Assembly: GCA_048938445.1 (NCBI GenBank)
Contig: JBHLME010000064.1
Location: 1 to 24,544, forward strand
From: Promethearchaeota archaeon
GTDB taxonomy: Archaea > Asgardarchaeota > Lokiarchaeia > Sigyniarchaeales > SOKP01
Length of the DNA: 24,544 nucleotides
Reading direction: 5' to 3'
Part shown: in pieces, positions 16,125 to 24,544 of the stretch
Layout: the number at the start of each line of letters is the position of its first letter
How positions within the stretch are numbered: the stretch's first letter is position 1
Made by a program: the position numbers and the translations under genes
Notes under the pieces: generated by a model
Databases searched by the model: none
What the model saw: the letters and a program-made list of their open reading frames with translations, nothing else
What the model was told of the DNA's origin: nothing

Positions 16125-17414
16125 TTAGGAAGATAACGATTTAAAATAGTTTCTTAGACCACGCGACATTATAAATTGCTGAATTTGACGAGATCCGCCA
16201 ATTATTTCTTGAATTCTTGATATATTCAAATAATCATGCATAAGTGTATTATCACAGAGCCCTGCACCTCCCATTAAGTTAGCGGCTTCGTAACACACTT
16301 TTTTAGATAATAATGCACAAGAATATTTATATTGACTTGCTGCTCCAACCATTGATTGTGAGATGTGGGCAGGTAATTCTCCACCATATTTCTCAACTTT
16401 ATCGTCATAAGCTTCACAAAATTTTAATAATCCATGAGTAATTGATGTTGTTCTAGCCCATAAGTCAGTTAAAAGAAATCCTACTCCTTGAAAAAGCAAA
16501 ATTTCTTGATCAAATTGTTTTCTCATATTAGCATAAATAACAGCATGAGATAAAGCGCCCCAACTTTCACCAACTCCACGAAGAGCAATTGCAATTCTTT
16601 CTGGGATTAATCCTTCAAAGAGATGTTCACGACCTTTTCCCACTTCAGCTAATACATAATCTTTTGGAATTCTAAGGTTAACTAAACGTTCCTTTCCTAG
16701 ATAGAGTTTCGGTACCCATGGTATATAAATACGTTCACAATTCCAACCTTCCCAGGAAGTATTTATTAAGAATTGAGCCATCAGATTGCCATTATTCTTT
16801 TCCGCAGTCGCATACGCGACAGCCCATTTTGCTTTTGGAGCATTCGTGTTATAAATTTTTTCACCATTTAAAATGAAACTAGCATCTTCCTGCTCTTCAC
16901 ATGTAGTTAATTGGTGCACTGCATCAGATCCTCTTTCTGGTTCAGTGATTAAAAGGCATCCGAGAGAATCTCCAGTAACTAATTCTTTTAAAGCTTCTAA
17001 TCTAATCGGGATGTTTTTATGATGCCAATAGATTGGATTTACACATATAACAGTTGCACCAGTTATCATAGCGAATTGAGGATCAAATAAATCAAGTGCG
17101 ATTAATCTCATAAAATCTGCAACTAAACCATGCTCTTTATAATTTAAATCAACACATTCATAAGAATGTAGTCTTGTAATTAAACCTTCTTTACCAAAAT
17201 CGGAACACCAATCATAAATATCTTCATCAGGTCCATGAGTTATCTGTTTCTCTTTTTCAAAATTTAAACAAAAGTGCTGGACTCTTTTTAGATAATCTAA
17301 TTGCTCTTCTGATAATACAGAAAATAAATTATCATTTAGAAATTTATATCTATTTTTAAGGTTTAATTTTTCAAGAATTTCGTTATTAATAGCTTGTGTC
17401 TTAAATTTTGACAT
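16125..17414 (-). CDS. Acyl-CoA dehydrogenase (IVD/LCAD-like catalytic arrangement)
   Basis: ITEPERGSD, LNGEKIYNTN, RKQFDQ.I..FQGV, LMGGAG; C-terminal EIIGGS in place of YEGT, with Glu in LIPERI. Confidence 0.9.
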   Translation of the reverse strand: MSKFKTQAINNEILEKLNLKNRYKFLNDNLFSVLSEEQLDYLKRVQHFCLNFEKEKQITHGPDEDIYDWCSDFGKEGLITRLHSYECVDLNYKEHGLVADFMRLIALDLFDPQFAMITGATVICVNPIYWHHKNIPIRLEALKELVTGDSLGCLLITEPERGSDAVHQLTTCEEQEDASFILNGEKIYNTNAPKAKWAVAYATAEKNNGNLMAQFLINTSWEGWNCERIYIPWVPKLYLGKERLVNLRIPKDYVLAEVGKGREHLFEGLIPERIAIALRGVGESWGALSHAVIYANMRKQFDQEILLFQGVGFLLTDLWARTTSITHGLLKFCEAYDDKVEKYGGELPAHISQSMVGAASQYKYSCALLSKKVCYEAANLMGGAGLCDNTLMHDYLNISRIQEIIGGSRQIQQFIMSRGLRNYFKSLSS

Positions 17415-17550
17415 ATCTTTTCACTTAATTTTAACAATTTAATTTGTAAAATTAATTTTAATCTTAATTAATTTTAAATTTAAAAAAATGTAATGAAATA
17501 TAATTATTATTATAATTAGAAATTTCACCAAAATCAATAAATAGATATTT
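17415..17550. promoter_or_regulatory. Divergent promoter region between acyl-CoA dehydrogenase and thiolase
   Basis: 136-bp, extremely AT-rich head-to-head gap with several TATA-like TTTAAA/TATAAT boxes; individual elements cannot be pinned down. Confidence 0.5.
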
Positions 17551-18777
17551 GTGATTAAAAGAATGGTAGAATTAAGAGAAGTTGTTATAGTTGATTATTT
17601 AAGGACTCCTATGTCGCGAAGCAGACCTAGTGAACCTGAACGAGATTTTTTCTACGAAATTCCTGCTGACAATTTAATGGCAATGGTAATTAAAGAAATA
17701 ATGGCGCGAGCAAAATTCGATCCTTCTGAGATTGACGAACTTATAATTGGATGTGCTAACCAAGTAAAAGAAAATTTCCTATATGGTGGACGTCATTTAG
17801 TATTTTTAGCAGAACTTCCTGAAACTATTGCAGCAATTGGATTAGAAAGACAATGCGCGTCGAGCATGTCAAGCGTTCATATGGGGGCAATGGAGATAAT
17901 GACTGGAAATTCTGATATAGTCCTTGCTGGTGGGATGGAACATATGACACGAATCCCTCGTGGTTCTGACTTTGCAATTCGCCATATAGAGCTAGGTGAT
18001 GTAGAAAAATATCCAAATCATGCAAAATACAATTTAAAAACAGGTTTTTCGATGATTCAGACAGCGCAACAATTATGGGAGAACAATCCAGATATAACTC
18101 GTAAGGCTATGGATCAATGGAGCCTTAATTCACACGATAGAGCTATCAAAGCTCGGGATGACGGATTTTTTGATGGTGAAATCCTTCCTATTGAAGGAAC
18201 ACTGCCAGATGGTACCAAAAAATTTTTTAAATATGACCAATCTATACGTGGAGGGTCTACAATGGAAACTATGGGCAAACTCCGTTTAGTCTCGGAGGGG
18301 ATTAATAAAGATCCTCAAATTACTGCTGGAAATAGTTCGCCTTTAAATGCTGGAGCAGGTTGTTGTGTTCTTATGTCAAACACTCGTGCTGATGAGTTAG
18401 GAATTACTCCTTTGGCAAAAATAATATCAATGGGATGGGCGGGTGTAAATCCAGGTATTATGGGAAGTGGTCCCGTTCCAGCGAGTAAAAAAGCCCTTCA
18501 AAAAGCAGGCCTACAAGTTAGTGATATAGATTTTTGGGAAATAAATGAAGCATTCGCAATTGTTCCTTTATATGCCAGTAAAGTCCTAAATATACCACAC
18601 GAGAAAATAAATGTAAAAGGTGGAGCAGTAGCTCTTGGACATCCTCTTGGGGCAACTGGAGTAAGATTAGTCGGAACTCTTGCACGGATACTACAAAATG
18701 AAAATGGTGCATACGGTCTTGCTACTGCTTGCGTAGGTGGCGGTCAGGGTGTTGCTACTATAATCGAGAAGATCTAA
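17551..18777 (+). CDS. fadA: Acetyl-CoA C-acyltransferase (canonical thiolase)
   Basis: RQCASSM nucleophile, AGGMEHM, TAGNSS, EINEAFA, GHPLGATG, CVGGGQG all intact. The true start may be ATG at 17563. Confidence 0.93.
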   Translation: MIKRMVELREVVIVDYLRTPMSRSRPSEPERDFFYEIPADNLMAMVIKEIMARAKFDPSEIDELIIGCANQVKENFLYGGRHLVFLAELPETIAAIGLERQCASSMSSVHMGAMEIMTGNSDIVLAGGMEHMTRIPRGSDFAIRHIELGDVEKYPNHAKYNLKTGFSMIQTAQQLWENNPDITRKAMDQWSLNSHDRAIKARDDGFFDGEILPIEGTLPDGTKKFFKYDQSIRGGSTMETMGKLRLVSEGINKDPQITAGNSSPLNAGAGCCVLMSNTRADELGITPLAKIISMGWAGVNPGIMGSGPVPASKKALQKAGLQVSDIDFWEINEAFAIVPLYASKVLNIPHEKINVKGGAVALGHPLGATGVRLVGTLARILQNENGAYGLATACVGGGQGVATIIEKI

Positions 18778-19079
18778 TTATTATTGAACAATTATAAAGC
18801 TTATTCAATAATTTAGAAAAAAAATAATCTTTCTTTTTCATCTTAATTATTAAAAATTTCTTTTCAACTTTTTATAATTGTCTCTAAATCACTAAAGAAA
18901 AGCTCTAAATTAAATAAAATGTTCTAATGTAGATCAAAATTACTTTTTTACAAAGCAATAAAAAGAATTTTTTTAATTATATAGATATTAGATTTTATAT
19001 CCCAGGTTTTCAATCAAGAATTCAAATAGATTTATAAATCTTTAATTTTATAAAAAAAATATAAATTGGGGTTGTATAA

Positions 19080-22000
19080 GTGAGTGATGTGAAAAATAAA
19101 GAATCAGCTTCAGATGATCGCTTCAAAATAATCTTTAAAAATATTCCTATTCCATCATATATTTGGCAAATAAATCAAAATGATTTAATCCTTATCGATT
19201 TTAACTTTGCTGCTGAAGAAATTACAAATAATCAAATAAAAAATTACTTAGGAGTTAAAGCTTCAGAATTATATAAGAAGAAGCCAAAAATTTTTGAAGA
19301 TTTGCAGCGCTGTGCAAAAGGGCAGATCAATTTTTCTAAAGAGATGAAATATCACATGAAATCTACTGATATTGAAAAAATTTTTGATGTTAAATTTGTT
19401 TTTGTTCAGCCTGATTTAGTTTTGGTTCATACAAAAGATATTACTGAGCGTAAACAAACCAAAGTTAAATTAAATGAATCTGAAGAAAATTTAAAAAAAT
19501 TAAATCAAGAATTAGAACAAATGGTCGAAGTTAGGACTCAAAAATTAAAAGAATCGGAAGAAAAATTTAGAAGAATTACTGAACAATCTATTTTAGGTAT
19601 TTGTATAATGCAGGATGATGTAATTAAATATTCAAATCAGAAATTAGCTGATATCTTCGGTCTCCAAATGCAAGAAATACTAAATCTGAAACCTGGAGAA
19701 TTTATTAATACTATTGCTCCTGAATATCGAGAATTTGTTATGGAACAAGCAAGAAAAAAACAAGAAGGAGACAAAGATACAATAACCCAGTATACATACA
19801 AGGGGATAAAAAAATCAGGTGAAGAAATCTGGATTGAAAATTATTCAAAAACAATTGAATATGAACGTAGACTAGCAGATTTAATTACTCTTATTGAAAT
19901 AACAGATAAAATAAAAGCAGAAAAAAAATTAAAGGAATCTGAAGAAAAATATCGGTTACTATTTGAAAATATGAACGATCTAGTAGTAGTTCATAATGAT
20001 AAGTTCGAGTTTGAATATATTAATGAATCAGTTTTTATGAGTGTACTAGGATATTCAAAAGCTGATTTAATTGGTAAAACTAATGCAGAGATCATTCATC
20101 CCAACGATCTCAAAGGAGCAGTATTAGCTGCTAGTAAAATTCTAAGAAAAGGCACTGGATCTTATCAGGCAAGGTATCTACATAAAAATGGAAGTATTAA
20201 GTGGTTTGATACAACAGGAGGGATTTTTATTAATAGCAAAGGAGAAAAGAAAATTATTCGGATAATGAGAGATATTACCGAACGTAAGCAAGCGGAACTA
20301 AAATTAATCCAAGAAAAAAAATTCTCTGAGAGTTTGATTAATAGTAGTGTTGATGGAATACTTGCTTATGATCTTGAATGTCACTATACAATCTGGAATC
20401 CAGGAATGGAACGCATATCCGGAGTTAAAAAAGAGGACGCTTTGGGTAAATGTGCTTTTGAGGTATTTCCATTTTTGAAAGATATTGGTGAAGATAAGTT
20501 TTTCAATGATGCTCTAAATGGAAAACATGTTATTGCGAAAGACAGACCATATAAAGTACCTGAAAGTGGAAATACAGGATTTTTTGAAGGATATTATTCA
20601 CCTTTATATGACGAAACAGGTAAAATCGTAGGAGGTGTAACTATTATACGCGATATCAGCGATCGAAAGAATTCGGAACACAAATTAAAAGAACATGCTA
20701 GACAGATTGAATTTCTAAACCAAATTATAATAGCTGGCAATAAATCTAAAAGTTTATCTTTGTTATTAGAAAATGTCTTAAGTTCTACCATGGATTTTAT
20801 GAATTTTGAAGCTGGTGGAATATATTTAATTAATGAACCGAAAAAGATTGCTGAACTTGTATTTCATAAGGGGCTTTCTTCTGATTTTATAGAAAAAGCA
20901 AAACAGATAAAGATTGATGTAAGCCCTTTTAATACTGTTTTCATTGATGGAAAGTCTACTTTTGAAGATGATTATTCAAGGTTTAGACCTGTCCAATCAG
21001 AAAAAACAGGATTCTTATCTTCGGCTAGTATCCCGTTATTTTCGAAAGGTAAAATTATTGGGGCCTTAAATATTGCATCAAAAAATTGTCATTTTTTCTC
21101 AGACATAGAAAAAGATACACTTAAATCTTTAGGAAGAGAAATTGGTACAATAATCACAAGAATGATGGCTGAAAAAAAATTAAATGAATCTGAGAAGCGA
21201 TATAGGCATCTTGCAAATGAATTGGAGATGATTTTGGACAATATTCCTAGTCTAGTATTTTCTAAAGATACAGAAAATAATTTTATTCGAGTTAATAAAT
21301 ATTTTGCTGATGCTCAGAATTTACGAAAAGAAGATATGGAAGGATTAAGCTGCTTTGATATATATCCAAAAGAACAAGCACAAGCGTATTGGGATGATGA
21401 TTTAGAAATAATAAATAGCAGACAACCAAAATTAAATATAGTAGAGCTACGAAAATCTGAAAAAGGTAAGAGATGGGTAAATACAAGTAAAATACCCTAT
21501 ATTGGTGAGGATGGTAATGTTAAAGGGATTATTGGTATTGCTACAGATATAACTGAAATTAAATTAGCAGAGGAAAAATTGAAAGAAATTAATAAATTAA
21601 AATCAGAATTAATGACAAGGACGTCCCATGAATTGAAAACTCCTCTTGTTTCAATTAAAGGTTTTGCGGATTTATTATTAAATATATATAACGATAAACT
21701 TGATAATGATGTGATTTCAATTGTAGAAAATATTAAGATGGGGTGTGAACGCCTTGAAGGTTTGATAAAGGATCTTTTAAAAAGTTCTCATTTAGAATCT
21801 GGTCAAATGCAATTGAATCTTTCTCGAGAGGATTTATCATTTCTAATAAAATTTTGTGTGAATGAATTAGAAAGGCTCGTAAAAGCAAGAAATCAAAAGA
21901 TTAAATTAAAAATACAAGAAAATTTAATAACTAATTTCGAGAAAGAACGAATTTACGAAGTAATTAGTAATCTAATAACTAACGCAATGAAAAATTCGCC

Positions 22001-22292
22001 GCCAGACCAAGAAATCACAATTCAAACAGAAATTAAAGATCATTTCTACATTGTTTCTGTAAAAGATAATGGTATTGGCTTTACAGAAGATGAAAAAGAG
22101 AAGATATTTACTCAGTTTGGAAAAGTCGAGCGCTACGGTCAGGGTTATGATCTTGAAATAGAAGGTACTGGTTTAGGATTATATATATCGAAAAAGATTA
22201 TAGAATTACACGGAGGAGAAATTTGGATGGAATCAGAAGGAAGAAATAAAGGATCCACTTTTTATTTTTCCTTACCTGTAATTAAAAGTTAA
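19080..22292 (+). CDS. Cytoplasmic multi-sensor histidine kinase (PAS x4 - GAF - PAS - HisKA - HATPase)
   Basis: Five PAS/PAC units ending DITERK/EITDK/DITERK/DISDRK/DITE; GAF (SASIPLFSKGKIIGALNI); SHELKTPL; NLITNAMK, DNGIG, GTGLGL. No transmembrane helix evident. Confidence 0.93.
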   Translation: MSDVKNKESASDDRFKIIFKNIPIPSYIWQINQNDLILIDFNFAAEEITNNQIKNYLGVKASELYKKKPKIFEDLQRCAKGQINFSKEMKYHMKSTDIEKIFDVKFVFVQPDLVLVHTKDITERKQTKVKLNESEENLKKLNQELEQMVEVRTQKLKESEEKFRRITEQSILGICIMQDDVIKYSNQKLADIFGLQMQEILNLKPGEFINTIAPEYREFVMEQARKKQEGDKDTITQYTYKGIKKSGEEIWIENYSKTIEYERRLADLITLIEITDKIKAEKKLKESEEKYRLLFENMNDLVVVHNDKFEFEYINESVFMSVLGYSKADLIGKTNAEIIHPNDLKGAVLAASKILRKGTGSYQARYLHKNGSIKWFDTTGGIFINSKGEKKIIRIMRDITERKQAELKLIQEKKFSESLINSSVDGILAYDLECHYTIWNPGMERISGVKKEDALGKCAFEVFPFLKDIGEDKFFNDALNGKHVIAKDRPYKVPESGNTGFFEGYYSPLYDETGKIVGGVTIIRDISDRKNSEHKLKEHARQIEFLNQIIIAGNKSKSLSLLLENVLSSTMDFMNFEAGGIYLINEPKKIAELVFHKGLSSDFIEKAKQIKIDVSPFNTVFIDGKSTFEDDYSRFRPVQSEKTGFLSSASIPLFSKGKIIGALNIASKNCHFFSDIEKDTLKSLGREIGTIITRMMAEKKLNESEKRYRHLANELEMILDNIPSLVFSKDTENNFIRVNKYFADAQNLRKEDMEGLSCFDIYPKEQAQAYWDDDLEIINSRQPKLNIVELRKSEKGKRWVNTSKIPYIGEDGNVKGIIGIATDITEIKLAEEKLKEINKLKSELMTRTSHELKTPLVSIKGFADLLLNIYNDKLDNDVISIVENIKMGCERLEGLIKDLLKSSHLESGQMQLNLSREDLSFLIKFCVNELERLVKARNQKIKLKIQENLITNFEKERIYEVISNLITNAMKNSPPDQEITIQTEIKDHFYIVSVKDNGIGFTEDEKEKIFTQFGKVERYGQGYDLEIEGTGLGLYISKKIIELHGGEIWMESEGRNKGSTFYFSLPVIKS

Positions 22293-22371
22293 TACAAATT
22301 CAAAATTTTAAACGATTAAATTAAAATTACCATTTCATAAATTGTATTTTCTTGCTCTTGGTAAGACTTTA

Positions 22372-22397
22372 TTTGAAGATTTTCATTTATCTTCAAA
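22372..22397. repeat. 9-bp inverted repeat between convergent genes (possible terminator hairpin or binding site)
   Basis: TTTGAAGAT-N8-ATCTTCAAA. Confidence 0.35.
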
Positions 22398-22480
22398 GAT
22401 AGATTGATTTTCATATTCATCAATTATGAGAATTAAAAAATAAAAAAAGAATGAAAATTTAGTTTAAAGAATAGAAAATT

Positions 22481-23260
22481 CTAATCTCTAAAACCATAAT
22501 ATACGCTAATTAGCAATAAGAGCGTCTCACGTAGAGAAAATTCGTAAATTGGTAAGATCGCCACTATTAAATCCGTGCCTATTGTGTAGCATATTAGCGA
22601 TATAACTACTGCTATGAATGTAATTATCGAAAGTATATTTTTACCTTTTAACTCCCACCAACTTTTTACTTGTTTCTCTATATTGATGAGAATTTCAAAT
22701 TCAGAAAGAGATTTATAATTATCAATGCTTGTAATTTGACCTGTCAATCTTTTTTTTTCTCTAGAATTCTTAATAGCTCTAAAAATAGTACCAATAATAA
22801 ATAGGACAACAATTATTAAGATATCATATAAGGTATTAGTGATTTCAAAAGGTACTTTTGGACCAAAAGTGTTTATAATTAAGATTAACACTAACATTGA
22901 AACCAACATAATTCTTACAGAATATTTTGGCAGATAAAGAGGCTCTTTATCTATTTCATCTCTTGTTTTTGTTTCCTCGGGATATTTTATGTCTCTTATA
23001 ACATGTAATTTGTCCTTACTGCCCCGTCTTGTTTCAAAATAAAAGGCAACAACTACGAAAATTGCATTAATTATTAAACCAGGAACTGTCTGACCACTAA
23101 GTAAATATGTGAACGGGAATGCGACGATTAGAATAGTTATTAATGCTCTAACCGTTCCGCGAGGCATTCCAAGAGGATGTCCTTCAATTTTACCACCTTC
23201 TCCGAAGCGATTTATAACACACCATATAAGTAGGATTCCGCACAAAAACCAACTTATCAT
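22481..23260 (-). CDS. Hypothetical integral membrane protein with internally repeated helical hairpins
   Basis: About 6-7 hydrophobic segments; repeated PLGMPRGTVR / PLYLPKYSVR motif. Confidence 0.8.
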   Translation of the reverse strand: MISWFLCGILLIWCVINRFGEGGKIEGHPLGMPRGTVRALITILIVAFPFTYLLSGQTVPGLIINAIFVVVAFYFETRRGSKDKLHVIRDIKYPEETKTRDEIDKEPLYLPKYSVRIMLVSMLVLILIINTFGPKVPFEITNTLYDILIIVVLFIIGTIFRAIKNSREKKRLTGQITSIDNYKSLSEFEILINIEKQVKSWWELKGKNILSIITFIAVVISLICYTIGTDLIVAILPIYEFSLRETLLLLISVYYGFRD

Positions 23261-23541
23261 AATAATTATAAATTGAGTTTAGACAATATATTAATCTTTT
23301 CTTTTTAAACCCGTTGAAAAAATATAACTCTTTAATCATATCGATTTATTATTAATTAGAAATTTTTCAATTTGATTATTTTTTAATGAAGCATTTCCTC
23401 GATTTGCGATAAATATTCCAAGGATGATTTTTATTACTGTATTTTCTTCATTCTTTTTGCTAAAAGAGTAATAAATATTAGTAATTCTTAATTATTTGAA
23501 ATCTATATGATCTAAGAAATCAAAACAAAAGAGTTTGCTTT

Positions 23542-24312
23542 ATGGTTAATTTTTTTAATAAAGAAGAAATGGAGGTAAATACTGCAAAAGTTAGGAATTA
23601 CTTTTATGATTATTTAAATAAAATAAAATATAAAGGAATTTTTGGAGTTGCCAGTTTTTCAGTAGTGTACAATAATTTAATGCCTATTCAACAAATAAAA
23701 CTAAAAGAAATACTTGAAGCTAATTTTAATGATTTTGTAAAAACGGGTTCTATTATTTCTTTAGGTATTTTTTATTATCCGCAGATAATAGATTGTATTA
23801 ATGTTAAAAAGAATGGTGATATTGATAAAAAACTATGGAACCACTATAGTGATGAATATAAGCATCTTAATGAATTATTAAAAGTCATAGCAAATAAAAT
23901 TGCTGAGTTATTTAATGGGATGGCAATTCCTCCGACTACAGAGACCCCTTCAGACCACGTAAAAAATGTAAAAGATTATTTTCCAAAAACAATTTCTCAT
24001 AGAATAGTTGCTGAATTTGCTGGAGTAGGGTGGAGAGGAAAAAATGAATTAATTATAACTGAAAAGCAAGGTCCTGCAATTCGCTTTGCCTCGGTTTTAA
24101 TTAACATTCCATTGAATCAAGGAAAGCAAATGGAAAACAAATGTTATTCTTGTACAGCTTGTTTGGAAGTCTGTCCTTTTTTGAGAAATAAAGATAGTTT
24201 AGAAGATTATAGAGAAAATTGTAGAAAATATATCATATCATTAGGATTAAATCATGATGTATGTGGAAAATGTATAAAAGCTTGTTATGAAAAGTTTTAT
24301 TCCAGGCTTTAA
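23542..24312 (+). CDS. QueG/reductive-dehalogenase-like 2x[4Fe-4S] protein (probably cobalamin-binding)
   Basis: SHRIVAEFAGVGWRGKNELIIT...GPAIRFASV; CYSCTACLEVCP...C...CGKCIKAC (8 Cys). Confidence 0.82.
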   Translation: MVNFFNKEEMEVNTAKVRNYFYDYLNKIKYKGIFGVASFSVVYNNLMPIQQIKLKEILEANFNDFVKTGSIISLGIFYYPQIIDCINVKKNGDIDKKLWNHYSDEYKHLNELLKVIANKIAELFNGMAIPPTTETPSDHVKNVKDYFPKTISHRIVAEFAGVGWRGKNELIITEKQGPAIRFASVLINIPLNQGKQMENKCYSCTACLEVCPFLRNKDSLEDYRENCRKYIISLGLNHDVCGKCIKACYEKFYSRL

Positions 24313-24326
24313 TTAATACTTGATTG

Positions 24327-24544
24327 ATGGTAATGGTAGAAAAAATGGAAATTAAAAATATTTTAATCTGTGGATTAGGAGGGGTTGGGGGATATTTTGG
24401 GGGAAGAATCGCTCATAAAATTGCTCAATTAAATAATGTGGAGTATAATATATATTTCCTTGCTCGTGGACCTCATTTGAAAGAAATTAGGAAAAGAGGA
24501 TTAAAATTAAAAACTTCAAATGGAGAAGAATTAATTTGTAAACC
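24327..24544 (+). CDS. panE: 2-dehydropantoate 2-reductase (ketopantoate reductase family), 5' part, runs off the right edge
   Basis: Hand translation: MVMVEKMEIKNILICGLGGVGGYFGGRIA...IYFLARGPHLKEIRKRGLKLKT. GxGGVGGYFG and ARG.HL..I...GL are PanE signatures. In-frame ATGs at 24327, 24333 and 24345. Confidence 0.88.
   Translation, partial: MVMVEKMEIKNILICGLGGVGGYFGGRIAHKIAQLNNVEYNIYFLARGPHLKEIRKRGLKLKTSNGEELICK

Noticed and set aside
17415-17550. Multiple A/T-only palindromes (TAAAATTAATTTTA, TTTTAAATTTAAAA)
   Set aside because: Expected by chance in almost pure A/T sequence; not called as individual sites.
17825-21486. Short minus-strand ORFs 17825..18025, 18518..18712, 20594..20791, 21292..21486
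   Set aside because: Antisense shadows of the thiolase and histidine kinase.
1-24544. CRISPR arrays, tRNA/rRNA, IS elements, inteins, eukaryotic-signature proteins
   Set aside because: No spaced direct repeats, GC-rich structured RNA segments, transposase ORFs or intein motifs were seen by eye.

Overview
AT-rich prokaryotic DNA, almost certainly archaeal and probably Asgard/Lokiarchaeia-like (inferred from gene content and style, not from a marker gene). The window is a dense cluster for anaerobic 2-oxoacid and acyl-CoA metabolism. It holds two different 2-oxoacid:ferredoxin oxidoreductase (OFOR) sets: a Por-type gamma-delta fusion/alpha/beta at the left edge, and a Kor-type gamma, delta, alpha, beta. 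It also holds an HdrA-MvhD fusion starting 1 nt after korB, an acyl-CoA dehydrogenase divergent from a canonical thiolase, and an operon of a Cys-less thiolase-fold protein, DUF35 and a B12 mutase large subunit. Other genes: NDP-forming acyl-CoA synthetase alpha, PaaI thioesterase, a MEDS sensor, a 5xPAS-GAF histidine kinase, a repeat membrane protein, a QueG/RdhA-like Fe-S protein and a partial panE. Two edge genes missing from the ORF track were translated by hand (porB-like 1..590 minus, panE 24327..end plus). Most notable: (1) HdrA-MvhD coupled to an OFOR operon with no hdrBC/mvhAG/etf in view, a candidate new electron-bifurcation module; (2) a PorB whose N-terminus lacks the Fe-S and GDG TPP-binding segment; (3) a thiolase-fold protein lacking both catalytic cysteines, in an operon with DUF35 and a mutase. 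No RNA genes, CRISPR arrays or mobile elements were seen.
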